Source: Chloroflexota bacterium (GTDB taxonomy: Bacteria > Chloroflexota > Anaerolineae > UBA4142). From it: DNA of 41,502 nucleotides. Where the stretch lies: NCBI GenBank assembly GCA_016200825.1, contig JACQEA010000335.1, positions 1-41,502 on the forward strand, written 5' to 3'. A program made the translations under genes and the position numbers. This document shows positions 8,177-17,045 of this stretch, piece by piece; position 1 is the stretch's first letter; every line of letters begins with the position of its first letter. The notes below the pieces were generated by a model. That model saw only the letters and a list, made by a program, of their open reading frames with translations, did not search any database and had not been told where the DNA came from.

Positions 8177-10048
8177 ATGTGTGGGATTTGCGGAGTACTT
8201 GAGCTGAGCGGGCAATCCGTCTCCGCGCAAATGATCGCTAAGATGAATGAGACCATCCGGCATCGCGGTCCGGATGGTGATGGCGTTTGGGTTGAGGGTC
8301 CGATTGGACTAGGCAATCGTCGTTTGGCAATTATTGACCTGTCTCTGTCCGGTCATCAGCCAATGAGCAATGAGACCGGTGATGTGATCATTGTTTATAA
8401 TGGTGAGTTGTACAACTATCAAAGCTTGCGGATCGAACTGGAAGCGGCAGGGCATTGCTTTCATTCGCGCAGTGATACGGAAACGATTGTCCACGCGTAT
8501 GAAGAATGGGGCACGGCATGCTTGGAGCGATTCAATGGGATGTTTGCCTTTGCTATCTGGGACAAAAGCAATCAGCAACTATTCTTGGCGCGCGATCGTT
8601 TTGGCGTCAAACCCTTATATTATTACTGTGACAAGGAAAAGTTTGTCTTTGGATCCGAAATCAAAGCGATTCTGGCGTATCCCGGCATTCCGCGCAAGAT
8701 CTGCTTTCCGGCGCTCAATGAGTATTTTACCTTTCAGAATGGCCTGACCGATCTAACGCTTTTCGATGGCATTCGGCTATTGCCGCATGGGCATTCAATG
8801 ACGTTGAAACCGGCAGGCCACCTTGTGCAACGCCAGTACTGGGATTTTCCGATTGGGCGAGAGCGTTCCCCGCAATCCCCTGAAGAAGATACTGCCGAAG
8901 AACTGTATCATTTGTTTACGCAAGCCGTGACGCGGCAGTTGGTGAGCGATGTTCCGATTGCCAGTTACCTGAGCGGCGGAATGGATTCTGGTTCGATCAC
9001 TGCCGTCGCGCGACAGCACTTGGGACGCTTGATGACTTTTACCGGAGGCTTTGATCTTTCGTCCGCGTCTGGAATGGAATTGGGTTTTGACGAGCGCGCC
9101 AATTCGGAGATGCTCGCCAACCGATTCAAGACCGAACACTACGAGATGGTGCTCCATGCTGGCGATATGGAGAATATCATGCCAGAATTGATCTGGCATT
9201 TGGAAGACTTGCGCGTGGGTCAATGCTATCCCAACTATTACATTGCGCGATTGGCCGGCAAGTTTGTAAAAGTTGTTCTTTCCGGTACTGGCGGCGATGA
9301 ACTCTTTGGCGGTTATCCGTGGCGTTACTATCGCGGACTTAACAGTCACGGTGCAGGCGATTATTACCGGAACTATTACGAGTTCTGGCAACGTCTGGTG
9401 CCGGATGAAGACAAGCCTGCGCTATTCAACTCTGCAACCTACCAACAGATCAGCGGTCACTCGACTTTCGATGTCTTTCGAAATGTTTTTGGGCAAAGCA
9501 ATCCGGTGCTGAAAACCAGCGCGGATTTTGTTGATGCGTCGCTCTATTTTGAAGCCAAGACTTTTTTGCAGGGCTTGCTCGTCGTCGAAGACAAGATCAG
9601 CATGGCTCACTCTTTGGAAACGCGCGTGCCGTTTTTGGACAACGACTTGGTGGATTTTGCTAGCCGACTTCCACCGCAATATAAACTGCGCGATCTCGAC
9701 CGGATCGCGCAACCCGTGAACGAAAACGAGGCAGGCAAGCGGCTGCTGTATCGCACGCAAGATGGCAAACTGATTCTGCGCCGCGCGATGCAACGGCTTA
9801 TTCCGCCCGAAGTGACGGAGCGCGTCAAGCAGGGATTCAGCGCGCCGGATGCGAGTTGGTTTCGCGGTGAAAGTATTGATTACGTGAACGGGTTGTTGCG
9901 CAATCCGAGTGCGCGAATCTACGAATACCTCAATCCAGTTTATATTAGCCAACGCTTGGACGAACATACCTCCGGAACCCGCAACCAGCGGCTGTTCATA
10001 TGGTCGCTACTCAGTTTCGAGTGGTGGTTGCGCAAGTTCTTGATTTAG
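8177..10048 (+). CDS. asnB: Asparagine synthase family glutamine amidotransferase, copy 1 (glycan carboxylate amidation candidate)
   Basis: The N-terminal MCGICG carries the Ntn nucleophile Cys2, and the PP-loop reads YLSGGMDSGS. The product is 623 aa. Confidence 0.85.
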   Translation: MCGICGVLELSGQSVSAQMIAKMNETIRHRGPDGDGVWVEGPIGLGNRRLAIIDLSLSGHQPMSNETGDVIIVYNGELYNYQSLRIELEAAGHCFHSRSDTETIVHAYEEWGTACLERFNGMFAFAIWDKSNQQLFLARDRFGVKPLYYYCDKEKFVFGSEIKAILAYPGIPRKICFPALNEYFTFQNGLTDLTLFDGIRLLPHGHSMTLKPAGHLVQRQYWDFPIGRERSPQSPEEDTAEELYHLFTQAVTRQLVSDVPIASYLSGGMDSGSITAVARQHLGRLMTFTGGFDLSSASGMELGFDERANSEMLANRFKTEHYEMVLHAGDMENIMPELIWHLEDLRVGQCYPNYYIARLAGKFVKVVLSGTGGDELFGGYPWRYYRGLNSHGAGDYYRNYYEFWQRLVPDEDKPALFNSATYQQISGHSTFDVFRNVFGQSNPVLKTSADFVDASLYFEAKTFLQGLLVVEDKISMAHSLETRVPFLDNDLVDFASRLPPQYKLRDLDRIAQPVNENEAGKRLLYRTQDGKLILRRAMQRLIPPEVTERVKQGFSAPDASWFRGESIDYVNGLLRNPSARIYEYLNPVYISQRLDEHTSGTRNQRLFIWSLLSFEWWLRKFLI

Positions 10049-10051
10049 ATT

Positions 10052-10873
10052 TTGCTAGACACGAATATGCCTACTCTGCGTGCCGAAATTGAATTGTTGA
10101 ATGAAATTCTTGCATGTTCTATGTGCCACACCTCGCTTGCCGTCACCGATAAAGACGTGCGGGTGGTATGTGCACGTTGTCTCTCTAGTTTTCGCAAAGG
10201 CGCAGTAATTTGGAATTTCATGCCAACGCAAATTGATTTGACTGCGCCGCGTTGGCAGGCTTGGCAGGAATTGCAGAAAAACGGCATGACGAGTTATCAT
10301 GCCGATCCCGAACATAATTTGGCGATCGGTGAGCGCGTGGATTGCCAGCAGTTCGCTGAATTCTGCGATTATCGCGGTTTGGTCCTGGACGTAGGTTGTG
10401 GCCCGCAACCAGTGCCGGCATATTTTGATCTCAACTGTCCGGCAACATACGTTGGCATCGATCCCCTGATCAACGATGTGCCAACTCATTTTTTGAAACT
10501 GAAGGCGCTAGGCGAGTTCTTACCGTTTCGCGCTGACGTGTTCGATCAAATTATTTTCGCCACAACGCTGGATCATTTTGTGGATGCGATTGCCGCATTG
10601 AAAGAAGCCGCGCGCGTCTGTGGTCCCACCGGTGTAATCAACGTGTGGTTGGGAGAAAAACGCGCTGATGCATCAAAGCCGGCGCTCTCGCATGAATGGT
10701 ATCGGCGGCTGCATAAACCCACGTTAGCGGAGGATGTTTTTCACTTTAAACGGCTTGACGCGGTAGCATTTGCAGAGTTGGCGCGAATCGCCGGGTTAAA
10801 GATGATTAAGATCGAAGAGCATCACATTGATGACTTTCGCACGAACTGGTTTTACAGACTCAAGGCAGGTTAG
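10052..10873 (+). CDS. Class I SAM-dependent methyltransferase with N-terminal CxxC-x14-CxxC zinc-ribbon (Trm112-like) module
   Basis: CSMC...CARC is followed by motif I LVLDVGCGPQP. TTG 10052 or ATG 10067 are the possible starts. Confidence 0.7.
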   Translation: MLDTNMPTLRAEIELLNEILACSMCHTSLAVTDKDVRVVCARCLSSFRKGAVIWNFMPTQIDLTAPRWQAWQELQKNGMTSYHADPEHNLAIGERVDCQQFAEFCDYRGLVLDVGCGPQPVPAYFDLNCPATYVGIDPLINDVPTHFLKLKALGEFLPFRADVFDQIIFATTLDHFVDAIAALKEAARVCGPTGVINVWLGEKRADASKPALSHEWYRRLHKPTLAEDVFHFKRLDAVAFAELARIAGLKMIKIEEHHIDDFRTNWFYRLKAG

Positions 10874-10878
10874 AGGTA

Positions 10879-11718
10879 GTGAAGATTTTGTTGACCGGTT
10901 CCACCGGTTATATCGGTAGACAATTGCTGAAACGTTTAATGCCAACGCACGAAGTGATCGAGGTTTGCCGAACGACCGGCTACGATCTCTCGCAATCCGG
11001 ATGGACGCTTCACCTGCCGAATCAAAATGTAGATGTAGTGATCCATCTTGCCCAGTCTCGCCATTATCGCGAATTTCCTGCCGGGGCGGAAGATATGTTC
11101 CGTGTGAACGTGGCAAGTACATTCGATTTACTCGATTGGGCGCGACACCACAACGTCAAACACTTTGTCTTTGTGTCTACCGGGAACGTGTACAAGCCGA
11201 GTGGCTCCAAGTTGAGCGAAAGTGCCGAATGCTTGCCGGTGTCAATGTATGGAGCGAGCAAGCTCGCAGCCGAAATCTTGCTGCATCCGTTTAGCACTTT
11301 TTTCCAAATCTCAATTCCGCGCTTGTTTGGAGTTTACGGACCTAATCAGAATCAGATGCTGATCGCTGATATGATCGCGCGGGTACGGACGGGACAAACG
11401 ATCACGCTTGCGGGCGGTGTGGGACTCCATCTAACGCCAATGTTTGTCGACGACTGCATCAGCGCGCTGATGGGTTTGCTTACTGCCGGTTTGCCGCAGC
11501 CTGTTACTGTTTTGAATTTCGCCGGCGATCAAGTGTTGTCTCTCGGCGAGATCGTTAACGAGATTGGGCAACAGTTGAGCGTTGAGCCGTGTATAACGGT
11601 CACAAGCGAGTTGCCGCGCTATTTTTGCGCGGACAATACCGCATTGAAAACATACTGGCGCGATTTCACGTCGTTTGCGGCGGGTTTGCGCATGACTTTG
11701 CGCCTCGATGAAAATTGA
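10879..11718 (+). CDS. NAD-dependent epimerase/dehydratase (SDR)
   Basis: MKILLTGSTGYIGRQLL is the Rossmann motif and YGASK is the YxxxK motif. GTG 10879 is preceded by GAGGTA. Confidence 0.8.
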   Translation: MKILLTGSTGYIGRQLLKRLMPTHEVIEVCRTTGYDLSQSGWTLHLPNQNVDVVIHLAQSRHYREFPAGAEDMFRVNVASTFDLLDWARHHNVKHFVFVSTGNVYKPSGSKLSESAECLPVSMYGASKLAAEILLHPFSTFFQISIPRLFGVYGPNQNQMLIADMIARVRTGQTITLAGGVGLHLTPMFVDDCISALMGLLTAGLPQPVTVLNFAGDQVLSLGEIVNEIGQQLSVEPCITVTSELPRYFCADNTALKTYWRDFTSFAAGLRMTLRLDEN

Positions 11719-12479
11719 AGGAACTGCTCCTGATGGATTATCATTTTGAAGATTTCACCGAGACAGAATATCGTCACTTGATCCAATTAGCAAAATTGAA
11801 TTGGGAATTTGTTCTTTTCCCTGACTATCGAAAGGCCGGCAAGGTTTGCTTGTGGCGGCACGATATGGATTTTTCAGTTCACCGCGCATATCGGTTGGCA
11901 CAGATTGAAGCGGAAGAAGGGGTGCGAGCGACTTATCTTATCCTTTTGCACAGCGAGTTCTATAATCCGCTCGAGAACCAAGTAGCAGACCTAATTCACC
12001 GTATCCAGAAACTTGGACACTCGTTTGGACTCCATTTCGATCCTAGGTTCTATGTGGAGCAAATCTCCAAAGAAAAATCGCTGATTGATTTCGTGAAGTG
12101 TGAAAGAGATTTCCTAGAACAGATTTTTGATGTTGAAATTCAGTCTTTTTCAATCCATCAACCTGACTTGGGAGGTAATTGGTTAGATATTAACGAAGAC
12201 GAAATTGCTGGTATGGTCAATGCTTACGGAAGCTATATTAGAGAAAATTATTCCTATGTTTCAGATTCGAACGGCTATTGGCGCCATCGGAGATTGAGAG
12301 AGGTTTTGGAGGCAAAGGAAGAAACCAAGTTACACATTCTAACACACCCGGAACTCTGGACACTGGAAACTATGAGTCCGCGCGCCCGCGTCACTCGTTG
12401 TATTGAGGGTCGCGCAGCATGGCAGCATCGGTGGTATGATGATGTACTTGCAAAGGCTGGTCGTGAAAATGTTAGATAG
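11715..12479 (+). CDS. Hypothetical protein; possibly a divergent polysaccharide deacetylase (CE4-like) fold
   Basis: LWRHDMDFS...ATYLILL...GLHFD resembles the RHDVD-type motif of divergent deacetylase-like proteins, from my recollection only. TTG 11715 (TTGA overlap) or ATG 11733 are the possible starts. Confidence 0.3.
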   Translation: MKELLLMDYHFEDFTETEYRHLIQLAKLNWEFVLFPDYRKAGKVCLWRHDMDFSVHRAYRLAQIEAEEGVRATYLILLHSEFYNPLENQVADLIHRIQKLGHSFGLHFDPRFYVEQISKEKSLIDFVKCERDFLEQIFDVEIQSFSIHQPDLGGNWLDINEDEIAGMVNAYGSYIRENYSYVSDSNGYWRHRRLREVLEAKEETKLHILTHPELWTLETMSPRARVTRCIEGRAAWQHRWYDDVLAKAGRENVR

Positions 12480-12553
12480 TCTGTTGTGTTCTTTTGTTGA
12501 AAGTTGAATTGATGCCTAGCAAAGACTCCCCTCGTGGATATTCTCGAAACAAA

Positions 12554-13078
12554 ATGCTCAAGTCTGACCATTTAATGCTTGCTCCGATCACATCAGAAGA
12601 TTCGCCGACACTTTGGAAGTGGATTAACAACCGCGAACAAGTACTATTCAGCGCGCAGTACAAGCCCGTACACAAAAGCCAACACGAAGAATGGTTCGCT
12701 TCGATTCAACGGCGCAGTGATGTTGTAATTTTTGGGATTCGCCTGCAAGAGACGAATAAACTTATCGGCAGCTGCCAACTGCATAGCATTCATCCGGTTC
12801 ATCGCACGGCGGAACTGCAAATTCGGATTGGCGAAGTTAGCGAGCGAGGCAAAGGATATGGCACGGAGGCAACCAACCAGCTTCTCCTATTTGCATTCAA
12901 GGATCTGAATTTGCATCGCGTTTACTTGCATGTCTTGGGTGACAACGCGGCGGCGCTCCGCATGTACGAAAAAATTGGATTCAAACGCGAAGGGGCGCTA
13001 CGCCAAGCCGCATATATCGATGGCAAGTATCTAGATGTGGTGGTGATGGGTATTTTGCGAGAAGAGTATGCGCGCTAG
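12554..13078 (+). CDS. GNAT family N-acetyltransferase (RimJ/RimL-like)
   Basis: The acetyl-CoA motif reads RIGEVSERGKGYGTEA...L.AF...NLHRVYLHVLGDNAAALRMYEKIGFKREG. The start is uncertain (TTG 12494, ATG 12512, ATG 12554 or ATG 12575). ATG 12554 was chosen because family members usually begin just before the L.L.P....D segment. Confidence 0.75.
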   Translation: MLKSDHLMLAPITSEDSPTLWKWINNREQVLFSAQYKPVHKSQHEEWFASIQRRSDVVIFGIRLQETNKLIGSCQLHSIHPVHRTAELQIRIGEVSERGKGYGTEATNQLLLFAFKDLNLHRVYLHVLGDNAAALRMYEKIGFKREGALRQAAYIDGKYLDVVVMGILREEYAR

Positions 13079-13775
13079 AAAATTAGTGGCGATTCACCAG
13101 CCAAATTTTTTCCCATGGCTGGGTTACTTTGCCAAGATTGCGCGCGCCGATGTTTTTATATTTCTCGATTGTGTTCAGTTTCCCAAGACCGGCGGTACCT
13201 GGACAAATCGTGTGCAAATGATAGTAGGTGGCAAGGCGGCGTGGGTTTCCGTGCCTGTCGTGCGAATCTATCACGGTGTCCGGCGAATTGACGAAATGCA
13301 CTTCAATTCGGCAACGCCGTGGCGGGAGCATTTGCTCAAAGTTTTGCAAACCAACTACGGACGCGCGCCGTTCTATGAAAAAGTGGCCCCATTTCTTACA
13401 GAGCTGGTTAACCAACCAACTGACATGATAGCGGATTATAATATGACTATCGTGCGTGCGCTCGCAGGCAAGTTGGAATTGGATAATTCTAAACTCGTTG
13501 CCAGTTCGGCTATTGCCGTGTGCGGTCAAGCGACCGAGATGTTGTGCGCGCTCGTACACGCGGTTGGAGGGACCGCATATCTGGCGGGCGGCGGTGCATC
13601 AGACTATCAGGAGGACGCACTGTTCGTGCAGAACAACATTGAGTTGATTTATCAGAATTTCCAGCAACCTGTTTATCCGCAATTCAATACGACCGAGTTC
13701 GTACCGGGTCTCTCAATAGTGGACGCGTTGATGAACTGCGGATTTCAAGGTACTCGCGCACTGTTAGAGTCCTAG
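13068..13775 (+). CDS. WbqC family protein (unknown catalytic role in glycan loci)
   Basis: The N-terminal signature is VAIHQPNFFPWLGYFAKIARADVFIFLD. It overlaps the GNAT gene by 11 nt. Confidence 0.75.
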   Translation: MRARKLVAIHQPNFFPWLGYFAKIARADVFIFLDCVQFPKTGGTWTNRVQMIVGGKAAWVSVPVVRIYHGVRRIDEMHFNSATPWREHLLKVLQTNYGRAPFYEKVAPFLTELVNQPTDMIADYNMTIVRALAGKLELDNSKLVASSAIAVCGQATEMLCALVHAVGGTAYLAGGGASDYQEDALFVQNNIELIYQNFQQPVYPQFNTTEFVPGLSIVDALMNCGFQGTRALLES

Positions 13776-13789
13776 ACCAAGCGTGAGTA

Positions 13790-14998
13790 ATGATTAATCA
13801 CGACTCGCCCTTGATTCAACTCGACCACCTGAGCAAAGCGTTCACGATCTATGATGAACGCGGCGATCGCGCGCGTGAACTATTCGGTGGTAGCAAGCGC
13901 GGTGTAGAGTTCTTCGCGCTCCGTGATCTTTCTCTTTCCCTTCGCGCGGGCGAGGTACTTGGTGTGATTGGTCCTAACGGCTCAGGCAAAAGTACGCTCT
14001 TGAAAATCATAGCGGGGATGCTTCCTCCAACTCAGGGCGATCTCACCGTGGGTGGCAAGATTCACTCTATCTTTGAACTCTCCAGCGGCTTGAATGTGTA
14101 TCTGACCGGGCGTGGAAACATCTACCAAAAAGCTAACCTGATGGGCTTGACCCGTACGGAAATTGACCAACGTCTGGCTGATCTTATCGCTTTTACTGAG
14201 TTGGACGAATTCATAGACTTGCCGGTGCAGACTTATTCCACCGGAATGCAAGCACGCTTGGCATTTGCGATCGCGACGGCTACAGAGGCGGATGTTTTTT
14301 TGATTGACGAAATCCTTTCTGTCGGCGACGAATACTTTCAAGGGCAATGCCGTCGGCGCGTCCGCGAATTGGTTGGCAACGGTAAAGCGGCGATCATCGC
14401 GACGCATGACATCGCCGCCTTTCTCCGCTTGTGTCATCGAGGGATCTTTCTAGACAAAGGGCGAATTGTTTCCGAAGGCGACCCATTGCGTGTCTTGGAA
14501 TCGTATGTCTCGAGCGGGAATATCACATCGCCGCGACCAGAAGGAATGGAGATCACTCGTCTCGAGGTGGAACGGCGTCCGGATATGTTAAACATCTACA
14601 TTCACTATCGCGCGACTCTGGACATTGACGCGCTCGACGTGGTGATCGCGATTGAAAAAATTGACCCGGAAATCGGATGGGAAACTTGTATTTTGGAACC
14701 CAATTTCAACTCTGGCTTTGAGATTCGCGGAATTCACGCAGGTGAGACCGGCACGTTTGTGATGAGTTGCCCGGCGGTATTTGCCGGCAAGGGGCGTTAT
14801 TATGTTACTGGAGTTGTGCGCCCGGCAACAGGCAGTATGACGATTCCTACGGCGCATTACGACTCGGTGGGCTGGTTACAAAAAGATTTTGACAGCTATT
14901 TCGAGATTGCAGATGGCGGCGAAGCGCTCTTTACGTATCCGGTTCAATGGATTCATCAGCCCAACTCTTTTGCGAAGAGAGATAATGTCACCGGTTAA
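13790..14998 (+). CDS. wzt: Polysaccharide-export ABC transporter ATP-binding protein with about 160-aa C-terminal extension (Wzt/TagH-like), copy 1
   Basis: Walker A is GPNGSGKST, the signature motif is YSTGMQARL and Walker B is VFLIDEILSVGD. The C-terminal tail is rich in beta-strand-like sequence. Confidence 0.85.
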   Translation: MINHDSPLIQLDHLSKAFTIYDERGDRARELFGGSKRGVEFFALRDLSLSLRAGEVLGVIGPNGSGKSTLLKIIAGMLPPTQGDLTVGGKIHSIFELSSGLNVYLTGRGNIYQKANLMGLTRTEIDQRLADLIAFTELDEFIDLPVQTYSTGMQARLAFAIATATEADVFLIDEILSVGDEYFQGQCRRRVRELVGNGKAAIIATHDIAAFLRLCHRGIFLDKGRIVSEGDPLRVLESYVSSGNITSPRPEGMEITRLEVERRPDMLNIYIHYRATLDIDALDVVIAIEKIDPEIGWETCILEPNFNSGFEIRGIHAGETGTFVMSCPAVFAGKGRYYVTGVVRPATGSMTIPTAHYDSVGWLQKDFDSYFEIADGGEALFTYPVQWIHQPNSFAKRDNVTG

Positions 14999-16226
14999 TT
15001 CCCAAGACTTTGCCCTCCGTTTGGAAAACGTCGAAAAAATCTATTACCCTCGCTACACTGGCATCCGTTCCATTCTGCGGCATGGGATATGGGGCGAATC
15101 AAAGAGCGCGCGGCATGATGCAATTTGGGCGTTGAACAACGTAAATCTCTCCATCCCGCGTGGGGAAATTCTTGGTATCGTCGGCGCGAACGGCGCCGGT
15201 AAAAGCACTCTATTGCGAATCATTGCTGGATTGACATTTCCAACGCGGGGCAAAATTCACGTCAATGGACGCCTATCCGCAATGCTAACGCTCGCCGCGG
15301 GCTTGTACCCGGAATTGACCGGACGCAAGAATATTTACACGATGGGAATGTACTATGGACGCTCGCGACAACAGGTCGAGCAGCGGATGGATGAGATCAT
15401 CGAGTTTGCCGCTTTGGGCGAATTCATTGATCATCCTTTCCGCACCTATTCTTCCGGGATGCAAGCCCGGCTCGCCTTTTCTATTGTCACCGGTTTCGGT
15501 TTCAACGAAATCCTATTGATTGATGAAGCGTTAGGTGCAGGCGACGCGCGTTTTGCCGCCAAATCCGCAAGTCGGATGCGTGAGTTGATTAGACAAGGGA
15601 GGACGGTTCTGCTCGTCTCGCACAACAACGCGGCGATTGCCAGTTTGTGCTGCCGCGCGGTTTGGCTCGATCACGGCAAGGTCGTTATGGACGGCGACGC
15701 GGCGCAAGTGGCAAGAGCATACTCGGAACATTCCGCCAAGCGGCAACAGCAGAGGTTTGACACCAGTCTCCCACGCGTCAAGAATCAGAGGGGGCACGCG
15801 GGTTTTTCTATTGAGCGCGTTGAGTTGTTGGATCGCAACGACAACTTATGCGCTGCGTTCCAGCTCAGCGAGCCGATGCGCATACGGATTCATTATCGTT
15901 CCTCCGCGCGCTTGAACGAAGTTGAATTTCGTTTGTCGCTTCGCCGCGCCGATGGTGCGCGGATGTTGGAAGCGTCCGCACAGCAGTCGAGATTGAGACT
16001 GGAAGATCGGGGGATGGTGGATGCCTTGATAGACCAGATTCGTTTTGCCCAAGGGGCGTACATCCTCGACGTTTCCGCGTGGAGTGCAACAGGTGAAATG
16101 CTCGCGCTGTTCCAGACATCATTCCAGGTCAATGATCCACATTATGCAGAGCGCGGCGGAATTCCTCTCTTCTTTCCACCTGTCAACTGGGAGTGGATCC
16201 GCACGCCGCCCAATGGAGAAACATAA
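14985..16226 (+). CDS. wzt: Polysaccharide-export ABC transporter ATP-binding protein with Wzt_C-like C-terminal domain, copy 2
   Basis: Walker A is GANGAGKST, the signature motif is YSSGMQARL and Walker B is ILLIDEALGAGD. The C-terminal part reads FSIERVELLDRNDN...MRIRIHY. The ORF-track start 14889 was trimmed to ATG 14985, giving a 14-nt overlap with copy 1. Confidence 0.85.
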   Translation: MSPVNSQDFALRLENVEKIYYPRYTGIRSILRHGIWGESKSARHDAIWALNNVNLSIPRGEILGIVGANGAGKSTLLRIIAGLTFPTRGKIHVNGRLSAMLTLAAGLYPELTGRKNIYTMGMYYGRSRQQVEQRMDEIIEFAALGEFIDHPFRTYSSGMQARLAFSIVTGFGFNEILLIDEALGAGDARFAAKSASRMRELIRQGRTVLLVSHNNAAIASLCCRAVWLDHGKVVMDGDAAQVARAYSEHSAKRQQQRFDTSLPRVKNQRGHAGFSIERVELLDRNDNLCAAFQLSEPMRIRIHYRSSARLNEVEFRLSLRRADGARMLEASAQQSRLRLEDRGMVDALIDQIRFAQGAYILDVSAWSATGEMLALFQTSFQVNDPHYAERGGIPLFFPPVNWEWIRTPPNGET

Positions 16227-16229
16227 CTC

Positions 16230-17042
16230 GTGCAAGCAACTGTGTTGCGTCACCTGAGTCCACGTTGGCAAACGTATTTCATCATGCTGTTGAATCAAAT
16301 GGGCATGGATATTCGCGCGCGTTATCTAGGCACTATGCTCGGAGTTCTGTGGGCGATTCTCGTGCCATTGTTGTGGACGCTGATCTTTGCGATTGTGATT
16401 GTATTTGTCTTTCGCGCGCGCTTGAATGTGAATTCGAGTCCATTGGATTATGTGTTGTTCATCCTTTGTGGAATGGCTCCTTGGATGGCGTTCCAAGAGA
16501 GCCTGATCAACGCGAGCAATTCGATCGTTGCAAATAGCAATATCGTCAAGAATGTTCCTTTCCCGTTAGAGATTCTGCCGTTTAGCGGCTTGATGACCGG
16601 CCTGGTGGGCTTGGCGGTGAATCTGGTCTTGGTACTGTGCGCGCTCGTGATAAGCGGCCGCGCCTTGAGCGTGAGTTTGTTGTTTCTGCCGGTGGCTGTG
16701 GCCATCCAAACTTTGTTCGCGCTTGGCTGGGCGTTCTTTCTTGCTAGTCTCACTGTCTTTGTGCGGGATGTTTCCACGTCACTTACCTATCTGCTGATGA
16801 TTATTCTTTATCTCAGCCCGGTCGTATACGACGTTTCAATGATGCCCGATTTCTTGCGTGGCGCCGCGCAGTATAATCCGGTCACGCAATTGATCGAAAT
16901 GTACCGCGCAGTTTTGTATCACGATCGCCTTCCGGATTTCGCCGGCGTCGCTTATCTCATCGTCTTTTCGGCAATCGTAGCCATTCTGGGTGTTCAGTTT
17001 TTTCGTCGCACCAAACCCTTTTTTGCTGATTTTCTCGCGTAG
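16230..17042 (+). CDS. wzm: ABC-2 type polysaccharide export permease (Wzm/TagG-like)
   Basis: The 270-aa product has about six hydrophobic segments. It lies directly downstream of the ATPases. The start is GTG 16230. Confidence 0.8.
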   Translation: MQATVLRHLSPRWQTYFIMLLNQMGMDIRARYLGTMLGVLWAILVPLLWTLIFAIVIVFVFRARLNVNSSPLDYVLFILCGMAPWMAFQESLINASNSIVANSNIVKNVPFPLEILPFSGLMTGLVGLAVNLVLVLCALVISGRALSVSLLFLPVAVAIQTLFALGWAFFLASLTVFVRDVSTSLTYLLMIILYLSPVVYDVSMMPDFLRGAAQYNPVTQLIEMYRAVLYHDRLPDFAGVAYLIVFSAIVAILGVQFFRRTKPFFADFLA

Positions 17043-17045
17043 AGT

